A stretch of DNA of 64,000 bases from Dehalococcoidia bacterium (GCA_034422735.1 DAOUJL010000051.1:23596-87595), one strand, 5' to 3'. Counted from the stretch's first letter, positions 26,647 to 35,892 are shown. The notes: a model not told the origin generated them from the sequence alone. Numbers and translations are program-made.

Positions 26647-27435
26647 ATGGCCTATGAATTCGCGCGGTACGAGAAACGAGGCAACGTAGCCTACGTGACT
26701 ATCGACCGGCCCGAGGTGATGAACGCGCTCCACCCGCCCGCCAATGAAGAGCTGTCCCGCATATGGGACGATTTCCAGGCGGACGACGAGATGTGGGTGG
26801 CGGTGCTGACCGGCGCGGGCGAGCGAGCGTTCTGCGCGGGCGCGGACCTGAAGCACATGGCGCAGCACCAGGGGCGCGGCGAGAACCGCCACTGGGCGAA
26901 CCGGGGCGGGTTCGGCGGCATAGATACGCGGTTCGATTTGTGGAAGCCGGTCATCGCCGCGGTGAACGGCTACTGCCTCGCCGGCGGTTTCGAGCTGATG
27001 CTGGCATGCGACATCGTGGTCGCGGCCGAGCACGCGCAGTTCGGCCTGCCGGAGCCGCGATGGGGCCTGGACGCCGGACCGACCGGCTTCCACCGGCTTG
27101 TGCGCCAGGTGCCCACCAAGACCGCGATGGGCATGCTGCTCACCGGCAGATTCATCGACGCAAACGAGGCGCGGCAGATAGGGTTGGTCAACGAGGTCGT
27201 CCCGGCGAACGAGTTGATGGCGGCAGCCGACAGATGGGTGGCGCAGATAATGGAGTGCGCTCCGCTGTCCGTGCGCGGCACCAAGCAGGCCGCCTACGCG
27301 GGGCTGGGGCTGCCGCTGGAGACGGCGGCGCGCGTCGAGTACGAGTGGCGCGTCCGGTCCGCCGCGTCCGACGACCGCCTGGAGGGGCCGAGGGCCTTCT
27401 CGGAGAAGCGCACTCCGGCCTGGAAGGGCCGCTAG
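26647..27435 (+). CDS. Enoyl-CoA hydratase/carnithine racemase (crotonase) family protein
   Basis: 262 aa. YEKRGNVAYVTIDRPEVMNAL, FCAGADLK and AAVNGYCLAGGFELMLACD. Confidence 0.92.
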   Translation: MAYEFARYEKRGNVAYVTIDRPEVMNALHPPANEELSRIWDDFQADDEMWVAVLTGAGERAFCAGADLKHMAQHQGRGENRHWANRGGFGGIDTRFDLWKPVIAAVNGYCLAGGFELMLACDIVVAAEHAQFGLPEPRWGLDAGPTGFHRLVRQVPTKTAMGMLLTGRFIDANEARQIGLVNEVVPANELMAAADRWVAQIMECAPLSVRGTKQAAYAGLGLPLETAARVEYEWRVRSAASDDRLEGPRAFSEKRTPAWKGR

Positions 27436-27451
27436 GACGTTCCGCGCAGCC

Positions 27452-27480
27452 TTGCCCGCGCCGCCCTTTCAACCTAGAAT
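27452..27480 (+). promoter_or_regulatory. Candidate internal promoter upstream of the CoA-transferase pair
   Basis: TTGCCC (27452-27457), 17-nt spacer, TAGAAT (27475-27480), in the 155-nt gap. Confidence 0.4.
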
Positions 27481-27590
27481 AGGCTTGTGCATGCGGCTCG
27501 TCACCGCCGGTCCAGAGCGGCGCATCACACGCCGGCGCAGGTGGAGCGGACGATACCGGCGGCGGACGCGAATACCAGAGGCGAAGTCTG

Positions 27591-28826
27591 ATGGTCACCA
27601 CAGCCGTGGGGTTGAGCGACGTTCGCGTCCTGGACCTGTCTCAAGACATCGCGGGGCCTTATGCGGCCTATCTGCTCGGCGCGTTCGGCGCGGACGTGAT
27701 CAAGGTCGAACCGCCAGGCCGTGGCGACCTCACTCGCCGCAGGGGGCCATTTGCCGACGACGAGCCGGATCCCAACCGCAGCGCGCCCTTCCTGTATCTG
27801 AACCGCAACAAACGCGGAGTGACGCTGGACCTGCATACGTCGACCGGCCTGGATCTGGCTCAGCGGCTAATCGACGTCGCGGACGTGGTGATCGACAACT
27901 CCGAACCGTGCTCGCCCCTGTTCGACACGCTGGACGGTCGGCGGCTGCGGCTCCGCAATCCGGCGCTGGTGGTGACGTCCGTGACCAACTTCGGGCGGTC
28001 GGGGCCCTACAGGCAGTACAAGGGAGGCGAGCTGGTTATGGACGCTTTCGGCGGATGGGTCTTCGTTACCGGCGAGCCGGAACGGGAGCCGGTGAAGCCG
28101 GGGCTGTTCCAGGCGCAGTATTCTACCGGCCTGAGCGCCGCCATACACGCCGCGGCGGCGCTGAACGTGCGGCAGGCCACCGGCGCGGGCCGCAACATCG
28201 AGGTGACCGTCATGGAAACCGCCGCCCACTTCGTGGGCATGGGAATCTCCATGTACTCCAGCTCAGGCGACATGCAGGTGCGAGCAGGCAGTTGGACGGC
28301 GATGCTCAGGGGCTGGGACGGCCCGCGCAGCCATCCGACCGAGATTTACGAGTGCAAAGACGGCCACGTGGGAGTCGCGGTGCAGACGCAGGGCCAGTGG
28401 GAGATGTTCGCGCTGGCAGTGGGCGCCCCGGAGCTGGAGACGGACCCCAGGTTCGCCACCAGCTACAGCGAGCGGGGGAGGCACGCGCGGGAGTTCAACG
28501 CCGTGGTTGCGCCGTGGTTCATGGAGCGGACGCGTCGCGAGATATTCGACCTGTTCGGCCAGTACCGCATACCGTGCGGCATGGCCTACACGGCGGAGGA
28601 GATGCTGGACGACCCGCAACACAAGAGCGTGGAGTTCTACCAGCAGCTGGAGCAGGCGGACGGCTCGACGCTGCCCTTCCCGCGCCTGCCGCTGCACGGC
28701 GACAGCCTTCACACGCGCATGGAGCGGGCGCCGTCCCTGGGAGAGCATAACGGCGAAGTCTACACCGAGTTGCTTGGCCTGAGCAGGGCCGAGCTGGCGT
28801 CGCTGCGCGGCGCGGGGGTGATATAG
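27591..28826 (+). CDS. Family III CoA-transferase (CaiB/BaiF family)
   Basis: 411 aa. VRVLDLSQDIAGPYAAYLLGAFGADVIKVEPPGRGDLTR and LNRNKRGVTLDL are family III signatures. Confidence 0.93.
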   Translation: MVTTAVGLSDVRVLDLSQDIAGPYAAYLLGAFGADVIKVEPPGRGDLTRRRGPFADDEPDPNRSAPFLYLNRNKRGVTLDLHTSTGLDLAQRLIDVADVVIDNSEPCSPLFDTLDGRRLRLRNPALVVTSVTNFGRSGPYRQYKGGELVMDAFGGWVFVTGEPEREPVKPGLFQAQYSTGLSAAIHAAAALNVRQATGAGRNIEVTVMETAAHFVGMGISMYSSSGDMQVRAGSWTAMLRGWDGPRSHPTEIYECKDGHVGVAVQTQGQWEMFALAVGAPELETDPRFATSYSERGRHAREFNAVVAPWFMERTRREIFDLFGQYRIPCGMAYTAEEMLDDPQHKSVEFYQQLEQADGSTLPFPRLPLHGDSLHTRMERAPSLGEHNGEVYTELLGLSRAELASLRGAGVI

Positions 28827-30065
28827 ATGCTTCTGCAAGGGATACGCATACTCGACCTCACCTACTACATCGCCGGGCCGGTCGGCACACAGGTGCTCGC
28901 CGACCTCGGCGCTGAGACTATCAAGGTCGAAGGGCCGTTCGCGTCCACCAGGACGCAGGTAGACGAGACGCCGCAGAACGGAGGCTCCAAGCCGCGCATA
29001 GTGGTGGCCTACACCGGATTCAACCACCTGAACCGCAACAAGCGCAGCGTGGTGCTCAACCTCGCCTCCGAGGAGGGCAAGGAGGTCTTTCGAGACCTGG
29101 TGCGAATCAGCGACCTGGTGGTCGAGAACTACAGCCTGCGCGTAATGCGCAATTTCGGGTTCGAATATCCCGCGCTCAGGGAGATCAACCCGGGCATAAT
29201 CGTCATCTCGATGCCGGGCTACGGACGTGAGGGGCCGTATCGAGAGTACGCCTCGTGGGGCGAGACAATCGAGTCCACCGCCGGGCTGACGCAGATGACC
29301 GGCTACGAGGACGGCCCGCCGCTCCGCTCCGCAATCTACATGCCCGACCCGTTCAGCGGCATGTACGCCGCTATGGCGGCCATGGTGTGCCTGAACCAGC
29401 GCGCCAAGACGGGCGAGGGCCAGCACGTCACCGTGAGCCACCTGGAGTCCGCCGCACAGCTCTCCGGCGAGGTTGTTCTGGACTACGCGATGAACGGGCG
29501 CAACGGGCGCAGGATGGGAAGCCGCGACGCGTACAGATCGCCGCACGGCGTCTATCGGTGCGAGGGAGTGGACGAGTGGGTCGCCATCGACGTCGGCGGC
29601 GAGGGGCAGTGGGATGCCTTCCGCGCCGCGCTGGGCGACCCCGACTGGGCGCGCGAGCCGCGCTTCGCCGACGTGCTCTCCCGCCACGCCAACCAGGACG
29701 CGCTCGACGAGCGCATCGCGGAGTGGACGCGAGCGCGCACAAAGTCGGAGGTGACGGCCACACTCCAGACCGCCGGCGTGGCCGCGGGCGCGGTGCAGAA
29801 CGCCGCAGACCTCGGGGCGGACGCCCACCTGAACGAACGGGGATACTTCTGGCGCTACGCCGAGAACCTCGACGGCCACCCGCAGGTGACCTTTCCAGGC
29901 GGCAGGGCGAAGTACGAAGGCGCGCCCGAAGAAGTCATGCGGCGGACGCCCGCGTTCGGAGAGGACAACGCCTACGTCTTCGGGGACCTGCTGGGATACT
30001 CAGAAGGTCACGTCGAGCGTCTGCGAGAACTGGATGTAACACTGGACATTCTCCCTACTTTCTGA
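28827..30065 (+). CDS. Family III CoA-transferase (CaiB/BaiF family), second paralogue
   Basis: 412 aa. IRILDLTYYIAGPVGTQVLADLGAETIKVE...LNRNKRSVVLNL. Its ATG directly abuts the upstream TAG (..ATATAGATG..). Confidence 0.92.
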   Translation: MLLQGIRILDLTYYIAGPVGTQVLADLGAETIKVEGPFASTRTQVDETPQNGGSKPRIVVAYTGFNHLNRNKRSVVLNLASEEGKEVFRDLVRISDLVVENYSLRVMRNFGFEYPALREINPGIIVISMPGYGREGPYREYASWGETIESTAGLTQMTGYEDGPPLRSAIYMPDPFSGMYAAMAAMVCLNQRAKTGEGQHVTVSHLESAAQLSGEVVLDYAMNGRNGRRMGSRDAYRSPHGVYRCEGVDEWVAIDVGGEGQWDAFRAALGDPDWAREPRFADVLSRHANQDALDERIAEWTRARTKSEVTATLQTAGVAAGAVQNAADLGADAHLNERGYFWRYAENLDGHPQVTFPGGRAKYEGAPEEVMRRTPAFGEDNAYVFGDLLGYSEGHVERLRELDVTLDILPTF

Positions 30066-30091
30066 GCACGCGAATCTGACAGGAGGCCAAT

Positions 30092-30871
30092 ATGGCGGTG
30101 ATAGAGTACGAGAAGAGAGGCAGGGTCGCCTACGTGACCATTAGCAGGCCGGAGGCGATGAATGCCCTCAACCGCGAGGTGCAGACCGGCCTCGCCGACG
30201 CTTGGCGAGAGGTGGAGTCGGACGATGACGTGTTCGCCGCCGTGCTGTCCGGCGCGGGCGGCCGGGCCTTCTCAGCAGGGGCTGACCTAAAGACGATGGA
30301 GACCGGCGACGACCGGGGCGAGCCGACGATCCCGGCACAGCGCGAGGACGGCACGCTGGGGCCGTCGGTCAAGGGCGTCAGCAAGCCGGTCGTGGCCGCC
30401 ATCGACGGTTACTGCCTCGCGGGCGGCCTGGAGCTCGCGCTCGCCTGCGACATACGCATCGCCACGGAGCGCTCCCAGTTCGGCTGCCCGGAGGTGAAGT
30501 GGAACCTGCTGCACGGCTTTGGGGCGCAGGTAATGCCCTTCAGCGCTCACATGTCCAGCATGATGGAGCTGCTGCTCACCGGCGAGTTCATCGATGCCCA
30601 GGAGGCGAAGCGCATCGGGCTGGTTTCCCGCGTGGTCGAGGACGGCAAGCACCTGGAGGCGGCTGAGGAGCTGTGCGAGAAGATCTGCCGCAACGCGCCG
30701 CTCGCCATAAGGGTGACGAAAGAGCTGGCGTCGCTCAAGGTCAACCAGGGACTGCGCGACGGGATGCGCCTGTACGCCACGCTGGGACGACTGCTGAGGA
30801 CGACCGACGACTCCAAGGAGGGGCCGCGGGCCTTCGCCGAGAAGCGCCAGCCCAGCTTCACGGGGAGGTAG
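30092..30871 (+). CDS. Enoyl-CoA hydratase (crotonase) family protein
   Basis: 259 aa. YEKRGRVAYVTISRPEAMNAL, FSAGADLK and AAIDGYCLAGGLELALACD. Confidence 0.92.
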   Translation: MAVIEYEKRGRVAYVTISRPEAMNALNREVQTGLADAWREVESDDDVFAAVLSGAGGRAFSAGADLKTMETGDDRGEPTIPAQREDGTLGPSVKGVSKPVVAAIDGYCLAGGLELALACDIRIATERSQFGCPEVKWNLLHGFGAQVMPFSAHMSSMMELLLTGEFIDAQEAKRIGLVSRVVEDGKHLEAAEELCEKICRNAPLAIRVTKELASLKVNQGLRDGMRLYATLGRLLRTTDDSKEGPRAFAEKRQPSFTGR

Positions 30872-30911
30872 CACCCCCATCTTGACCTTCCCACTGCGAG
30901 GGGGAAGGGAC
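30872..30911. repeat. Hairpin repeat (CCTTCCC-loop-GGGGGAAGG family)
   Basis: CACCCCCATCTTGACCTTCCCACTGCGAGGGGGAAGGGAC, starting immediately after the crotonase stop codon. Confidence 0.8.
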
Positions 30912-30992
30912 TTTGGGTTAGTACTCAGTCGTTGGACTGTAGCCGTAGCATGGACTCCGTGTTATCCTACTATCACTGACGGGAGGATGAAC

Positions 30993-31334
30993 ATGGTACG
31001 CGTTCCCAGTGTTAGAGAGCCGACGCACCCCGGCGATATGCTGCTTAAGGAGTTCCTCGCGCCGCTTGGGATGACCCAGCGCAATCTGGCGAATGCCATC
31101 CACGTGTCCTACCAGCGCGTCAACGAGGTTGTTCGCGGCCGCCGCGGGGTCACGCCCAGCACCGCCCTGCGGCTCTCCAGGTTGTTCGGCACGTCCCCGG
31201 ACTTCTGGTTGAGCCTGCAGTTGCGGTGGGACCTGTACCACGTCCAGCGCGCCGAGGCAGACCTGTTGGAGAAAATTCAGCCACGGGAGGGGGAAGGGAC
31301 ATTGGCGCGCGCGGCGGAGGCGCCCCCACCCTGA
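30993..31334 (+). CDS. higA: HigA-family antitoxin / XRE-type HTH protein (no partner toxin visible)
   Basis: ORF 30882.. trimmed to ATG 30993 (GGAGG at 30982-30986; alternative ATG at 30987). HPGDMLLKEFLAPLGMTQRNLANAIHVSYQRVNEVVRGRRGVTPSTALRLSRLFGTSPDFWLSLQ is a classic HigA/VapI HTH. Confidence 0.85.
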   Translation: MVRVPSVREPTHPGDMLLKEFLAPLGMTQRNLANAIHVSYQRVNEVVRGRRGVTPSTALRLSRLFGTSPDFWLSLQLRWDLYHVQRAEADLLEKIQPREGEGTLARAAEAPPP

Positions 31335-31359
31335 CCCTCCCCTGCGAGGGGGAAGGGAG
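31286..31359. repeat. Half copy plus full copy of the hairpin repeat, overlapping the higA 3' end
   Basis: GGGAGGGGGAAGGGAC (31286-31300) and GCCCCCACCCTGACCCTCCCCTGCGAGGGGGAAGGGAG (31322-31359). The higA stop (31332-31334) lies inside the repeat. Confidence 0.8.
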
Positions 31360-31365
31360 ATCGGG

Positions 31366-32133
31366 TTACAGGCTGTTCAGGAAGCGCTCGACCTCGAAGT
31401 TGAACACGTCCGGCCTCTCGAAGTAGACGGAATGGCCTGCGCTCGGCACGGGAAGCAGCTTTGCGCCGGGTATGTAGCCCGCGGCTTTCTCGATTATGTG
31501 CGGCGGCGTTATGTCGTCTTCCTCGCCCACGATGAACAGAGTCGGTGTTGTCACCTTCGCCAGGTCCGCGGCCATCGGCCCACCCGACAGGCCCTCCGTT
31601 CCGAAGGGCACGCGCGGCGGATTCGTCCTGGATATCTGGAGATACAGGTTCGCCAAGTTCGGGTTGCGCTCCTGGAAAGTCCGGCCCAGCGCCCTGACGC
31701 CGATCTCCTCAGTGGCGGCCTGCGCCTCCCGGAAGGCCGTGAACGCCTGCTGGAACTCCGGCTCGGCGACGCCGCCCGGCGTGTCCGCCATCACCAGGCT
31801 CTTCACTCGCTCCGGGTGTTCCACCGTCAGCCCCAGGCACGTCCATCCGCCCATTGACTGTGCCACCAGGTGCGCGCTGTCGATGCCCAGGTGGTCCAGC
31901 AGCGCGCGCAGGTCCTCCACGAACATCGACCTGCCGGGCGCTTCGGCGGTGTCCAGCGACCGCCCGAAACCGCGATGATCGATCGTGACGCAGCGGTAGC
32001 TCCGCGAGAAGTAGGGTATCTGCTGCCACCAGCTAAGCAGGTTCCCGCCCGCGCCGTGGCAGAACACGATCGCGTCGCCCTCTCCGTACTCCTGGTAGTG
32101 CATCTCGATGCCGTTGATGTCCGCCTTCGACAC
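31366..32133 (-). CDS. Alpha/beta-fold hydrolase
   Basis: 255 aa. HGAGGNLLSW, nucleophile elbow AQSMGGW and a C-terminal ...GHSVYFERP histidine region. Confidence 0.88.
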   Translation of the reverse strand: MSKADINGIEMHYQEYGEGDAIVFCHGAGGNLLSWWQQIPYFSRSYRCVTIDHRGFGRSLDTAEAPGRSMFVEDLRALLDHLGIDSAHLVAQSMGGWTCLGLTVEHPERVKSLVMADTPGGVAEPEFQQAFTAFREAQAATEEIGVRALGRTFQERNPNLANLYLQISRTNPPRVPFGTEGLSGGPMAADLAKVTTPTLFIVGEEDDITPPHIIEKAAGYIPGAKLLPVPSAGHSVYFERPDVFNFEVERFLNSL

Positions 32134-32328
32134 TTGTCACCTCCTGTTTGTGTTCCCATACCGCGCCATTCTATAGTGCGCGCCGCCCCTCAGTCGACCC
32201 CGGTCCGCGAAAGGAGCAATCCTCGGCGGTTGCGAGTCCTTGCCAAGCCAGCCTGCCTGAAATACAATTGGCCTCGGCCGCGTCGCAAGGCGTCGAATGG
32301 CGGCCCACCAGCGCTGAGGAGGTCCCAC

Positions 32329-33561
32329 TTGGATTTCGAACCCAGGTATTCCGAAGAGCAGCAACAGTTCAGGACCGAGGTGCGGGAGTGGCTCGAACAG
32401 CACGTTCCCAAGGACCTCGCCAATCCTGCCGATTCCGCGAAGACGACTTATGAGGACTATCTCAAGTACAGGGAGCTTGGCAGAAAGCTGGGCGACAAGG
32501 GCTGGCTCTGGGCCACCGCGCCGACGCAGTACGGCGGCGGCGGGCTGTCGATCGACCACGCCATCGTCATCGAGGAGGAACTGGACAGATACGACCTGTC
32601 CGTCCCGCCCTACTACGACAGCGGCGGACGCCTCGGCGGCGCGAGCATCCTGGTCTGGGGCAGCGACGAACAGAAGGACCACTTCCTGCCGCCCATATTC
32701 AAGGGCGAAGTGCGCACCTGGCAGCTTCTCACCGAACCCGGTGCAGGCTCCGACCTGGCCGGCGTGAAGATCAGCGCCGTCCGCGACGGCGACGAGTACG
32801 TGATCAACGGCCAGAAGATATACGTGGGCAGCTCCAACGGCGCGGAGCAGTTCTGGATGATCACCTGCACCGACCCGGAGGGCGAGCGGCACCAGAACCT
32901 GAGCTGGTTCATCATTCCCGCCGACAGCCCCGGCATCACCGTCACGCCCATGGACCTGCTCATCGCCGGCGGCGAGGGCGGCGCGGGCACCGGCGTCAAG
33001 AACACCATCTTCTTCGACAACGTGCGTGTTCCCGCCTTCAATCTGATTGGAGGCGAGAACAACGGGTGGCGCGTCGCGACCACGCACCTCGAGCTCGAGC
33101 ACGGCTCGGGCGGGACGATCCGTCGCAACCGGATAGTAGACCACCTCTTCGAGTACATGCGCGAGCTGAAGCGCGACGGCAAGCCCCTGCTGGAGGATCA
33201 GGACGCCCGCGACGCGCTGGCGGACTTCTACATCGAGGCGGAGATTTCCAGGCTCTTCGGGATGCGCAACTACTGGATGCGCCACTCGCACGTGCCCATG
33301 TCCTACGAGGGCCCGCAGTCGTCGTTCTATCGCAAGAACACCGGCCTGAAGATGGCGCAGCGCATACTGGACATCGTGGGCCCCTACGCGCTCACCAACG
33401 ATCCCAAGTGGGACCTGTCCGACGAGCACATGGAGGTCTACCAGCGCTCCAGTATCGTTGCCCTCCATCCCGGCGGCACCACCGACATCCAGAAGGTGAT
33501 CATGGCCAGGCGCATAGGCATCGGCCGCGAGGTCAAGGAGAAACAGGGAGCGCTAGCCTAA
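32329..33561 (+). CDS. Acyl-CoA dehydrogenase family protein
   Basis: ORF 31870.. trimmed to TTG 32329 (GAGGAGG 7 nt upstream). ...EEQQQFRTEVREWLEQHVP..., LTEPGAGSDLAG and ...INGQKIYVGS... are ACAD-like. Confidence 0.88.
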   Translation: MDFEPRYSEEQQQFRTEVREWLEQHVPKDLANPADSAKTTYEDYLKYRELGRKLGDKGWLWATAPTQYGGGGLSIDHAIVIEEELDRYDLSVPPYYDSGGRLGGASILVWGSDEQKDHFLPPIFKGEVRTWQLLTEPGAGSDLAGVKISAVRDGDEYVINGQKIYVGSSNGAEQFWMITCTDPEGERHQNLSWFIIPADSPGITVTPMDLLIAGGEGGAGTGVKNTIFFDNVRVPAFNLIGGENNGWRVATTHLELEHGSGGTIRRNRIVDHLFEYMRELKRDGKPLLEDQDARDALADFYIEAEISRLFGMRNYWMRHSHVPMSYEGPQSSFYRKNTGLKMAQRILDIVGPYALTNDPKWDLSDEHMEVYQRSSIVALHPGGTTDIQKVIMARRIGIGREVKEKQGALA

Positions 33562-33567
33562 GCAAGA

Positions 33568-33605
33568 GTCCCTTCCCCCTCGGAGGGGGAAGGTTAGGAT
33601 GGGGG
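33568..33605. repeat. Hairpin repeat (reverse orientation) between two ACAD genes
   Basis: GTCCCTTCCCCC-TCGGA-GGGGGAAGGTTAGGATGGGGG. Occupies most of the 56-nt gap between co-directional genes. Confidence 0.85.
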
Positions 33606-33617
33606 TGACGACGCCAC

Positions 33618-34748
33618 ATGGACCTGTCGTTGAGCGAGTACCAACAGCAGTTGAAGAACACGGCGCGGGATTTCATGGAGCGCGAGTGCTCCAAGGAGAC
33701 GCTGGTGGAGCTGGACGAATCGGAGACCGGCTACACCGACGTCATCTGGCAACGGGCCTCCGAAATCGGCTGGCTGGGAATGCTGGTGCCCGCCGAACAC
33801 GGCGGCGCAGGCGGCTCGCTGACGGACGCCGCGGTCGTTTACGAGCAGCTCGGCAGCGGGCCGCTCTCCGGGCCGTTCTTCTCATCGGGCGTGCTTGGCG
33901 CGCTCATCGTGGAGGAGAGCGGAGACGACGAGCAGAAGGGTCGCTACCTGCCGGGAATCGCCAGCGGCCAGGACATCTTCACGCTCGCCATGACCGAGCC
34001 GAGCTACGGCTGGAAAGCCACGTCGATACAGATGCGCGCCGAGCGCGCCAACGGCGGCTACAAGTTGAACGGCGCCAAGCTGTTCGTTCACGACGCCGTC
34101 GCCGCCTCCAGGCTCATCTGCCCTGTCCGGACCCATGACTCCGACGATCCCGAGGACGGCGTCACGCTCGTCGTCGTGGACACCAGCGCGGCGGGCGTGT
34201 CCACGAGAAAGCTGTCGGGCTTCATGGGGTGGGTCGGCGAAGTCACCTTCGATGACGTCCAGGTGGACGACTCCGCCGTGCTCGGGGAGGTTGGCGGCGG
34301 CTGGGGGCCGCTGCAGCGGGCCTTCCGCTGCGCAGCCCCGGTGCTGTGCGCCTACAAGGTGGGCGGCTCGCAGGCGGTGTTCGACATGTCGGTGGAGTAC
34401 AGCCGCACACGGCGCCAGTTCGGCACGCCCATTGGCCGCTTCCAGCGCGTGCAGGACCACATAATCGGCATCGTCAACCACCTCGACGCCGCGCGGTGGA
34501 CCACCTACGAGGCGCTCTGGAAGCTCGACTCCGGACGGCCCGCGTACACCAGCGTTCACATGGCGAAGGCCGTATCGAGCGAGGCTTACATGCAGGCGTG
34601 CAACGGCGCCCACGAGGTGCACGCCGGCCTGGGAGTGATGCGGGAGTACGGACTGACGCTGCACACCCGGATGTCGCGGACGCTTTACCACGTGCTCGGC
34701 GACCCGCTCCACCATCGCAGGCTGATGGTGGACACCCTCGACATTTAG
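33618..34748 (+). CDS. Acyl-CoA dehydrogenase family protein
   Basis: 376 aa. Standard ACAD three-domain layout (...GWLGMLVPAEHGGAGGS..., ...MTEPSYG..., ...RRQFGTPIGRFQRVQ...). Confidence 0.9.
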   Translation: MDLSLSEYQQQLKNTARDFMERECSKETLVELDESETGYTDVIWQRASEIGWLGMLVPAEHGGAGGSLTDAAVVYEQLGSGPLSGPFFSSGVLGALIVEESGDDEQKGRYLPGIASGQDIFTLAMTEPSYGWKATSIQMRAERANGGYKLNGAKLFVHDAVAASRLICPVRTHDSDDPEDGVTLVVVDTSAAGVSTRKLSGFMGWVGEVTFDDVQVDDSAVLGEVGGGWGPLQRAFRCAAPVLCAYKVGGSQAVFDMSVEYSRTRRQFGTPIGRFQRVQDHIIGIVNHLDAARWTTYEALWKLDSGRPAYTSVHMAKAVSSEAYMQACNGAHEVHAGLGVMREYGLTLHTRMSRTLYHVLGDPLHHRRLMVDTLDI

Positions 34749-35803
34749 CCTCGGGCGGCCAGCAGCACGCTCAGCTTGTCTACGGGGATCTCGTCGCGCC
34801 TGTTGCCGTCGCGGCCCACCATGGTGTGGGCTCTCAGGATCGAGTTCACGATCGCCTCTTCGGTCGCCTCCACGGCGGCGCGGAACAGGGGCGTCAGCGC
34901 GGCGTCGTCGATGTCCGGCCGGTCGAACGAGTTCGAGAACGCGATCACGAAGTCGCCGCTGCCGTGGCTGGCTATGCCCCCTACCCTCGCAAGCCCCAGT
35001 CCGGCGCGCCTGGCGATGCGGCCGAGCTGGCGCGCCGTCACCGGGGCGTCGGTGCCCAGCACCATCATGGTGGAACCGCCGCCATCGTCCGCAACGCCGG
35101 GCGGAAGTAGGTGGCGGCCCACCTCGACGCTGCCGATGCGAAGCTCGCGCGGGTCTCCCGTGTTCGTCAGCGTCAGCGCTCCAACCGTGTAAGTGGTGTC
35201 CAGTCCATCGCAGATGCGGGACGCGGTGCCGATTCCCGCCTTCCATCCGAAGCCGGTCATGCCTGTCCCGGCCCCCACGTTGCCTTCCTGCACGTTGGGA
35301 GTGTACGCGCCGGTTATAGCCTCGAGAACGTGACCGGGTTGGACGTGCCTGCCGATGATGTCGTTGAGGAAGCCGTCGTTGCACTCTCCCACGACGGGGT
35401 TGAAAGAGTAGACGCCGGGGTTCTCTGCCGCGAGATAGTCGACCATAGCGTCGGCGACTCTCCAGGTGCTCAGCGTGCCGGTCAGAGCAATGGGACTCTC
35501 GATTACACCGAGCTCCTGAATCTGTAGAAAACCGACCGCCTTGCCGAAACCGTTGAGCACATGTACCGCGGCGGTCACTTTCCTCCTGAACAGGCTCCGC
35601 TGGTGGGGCATGATGACCGTGACACCGGTGCGCACCGGTCCGCTGCCAATCCGCATGGGGCCGTCGCCTCTTATCAGTGTGGTGTGGCCCACCGCCACGC
35701 CCTCGACGTCGGTTATCGAGTTGTGCTCCCCCCGGGGGAGGATGCCAAGCTGCAACCCCAAGTCGGTCGCGCGAGGTCGAGAGCTTGAATTCCATCCAGT
35801 CAT
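34745..35803 (-). CDS. P1/S58 family peptidase (DmpA/L-aminopeptidase-like)
   Basis: ORF 34745..35950(-) trimmed to ATG 35803. NSITDVEGVAVGHTTL...GVTVIMP... and ...GTGMTGFGWKAGIGTAS... are typical of the DmpA/S58 family. Confidence 0.85.
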   Translation of the reverse strand: MTGWNSSSRPRATDLGLQLGILPRGEHNSITDVEGVAVGHTTLIRGDGPMRIGSGPVRTGVTVIMPHQRSLFRRKVTAAVHVLNGFGKAVGFLQIQELGVIESPIALTGTLSTWRVADAMVDYLAAENPGVYSFNPVVGECNDGFLNDIIGRHVQPGHVLEAITGAYTPNVQEGNVGAGTGMTGFGWKAGIGTASRICDGLDTTYTVGALTLTNTGDPRELRIGSVEVGRHLLPPGVADDGGGSTMMVLGTDAPVTARQLGRIARRAGLGLARVGGIASHGSGDFVIAFSNSFDRPDIDDAALTPLFRAAVEATEEAIVNSILRAHTMVGRDGNRRDEIPVDKLSVLLAARG

Positions 35804-35892
35804 GCATTCGCTCCGATTCAGAAATTCGTTGACCGAGAATAGACCAAGTTCAGATCCGGCGCAAGTGGTTAATCGCGCACGCTGGAGCAGAG

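Noticed and set aside
30700-31400. Search for a HigB/RelE-type toxin partner of HigA.
   Set aside because: The flanks are occupied by the crotonase 3' end, repeat units and the convergent hydrolase. No ORF of 80-110 aa with an RBS exists on either strand.
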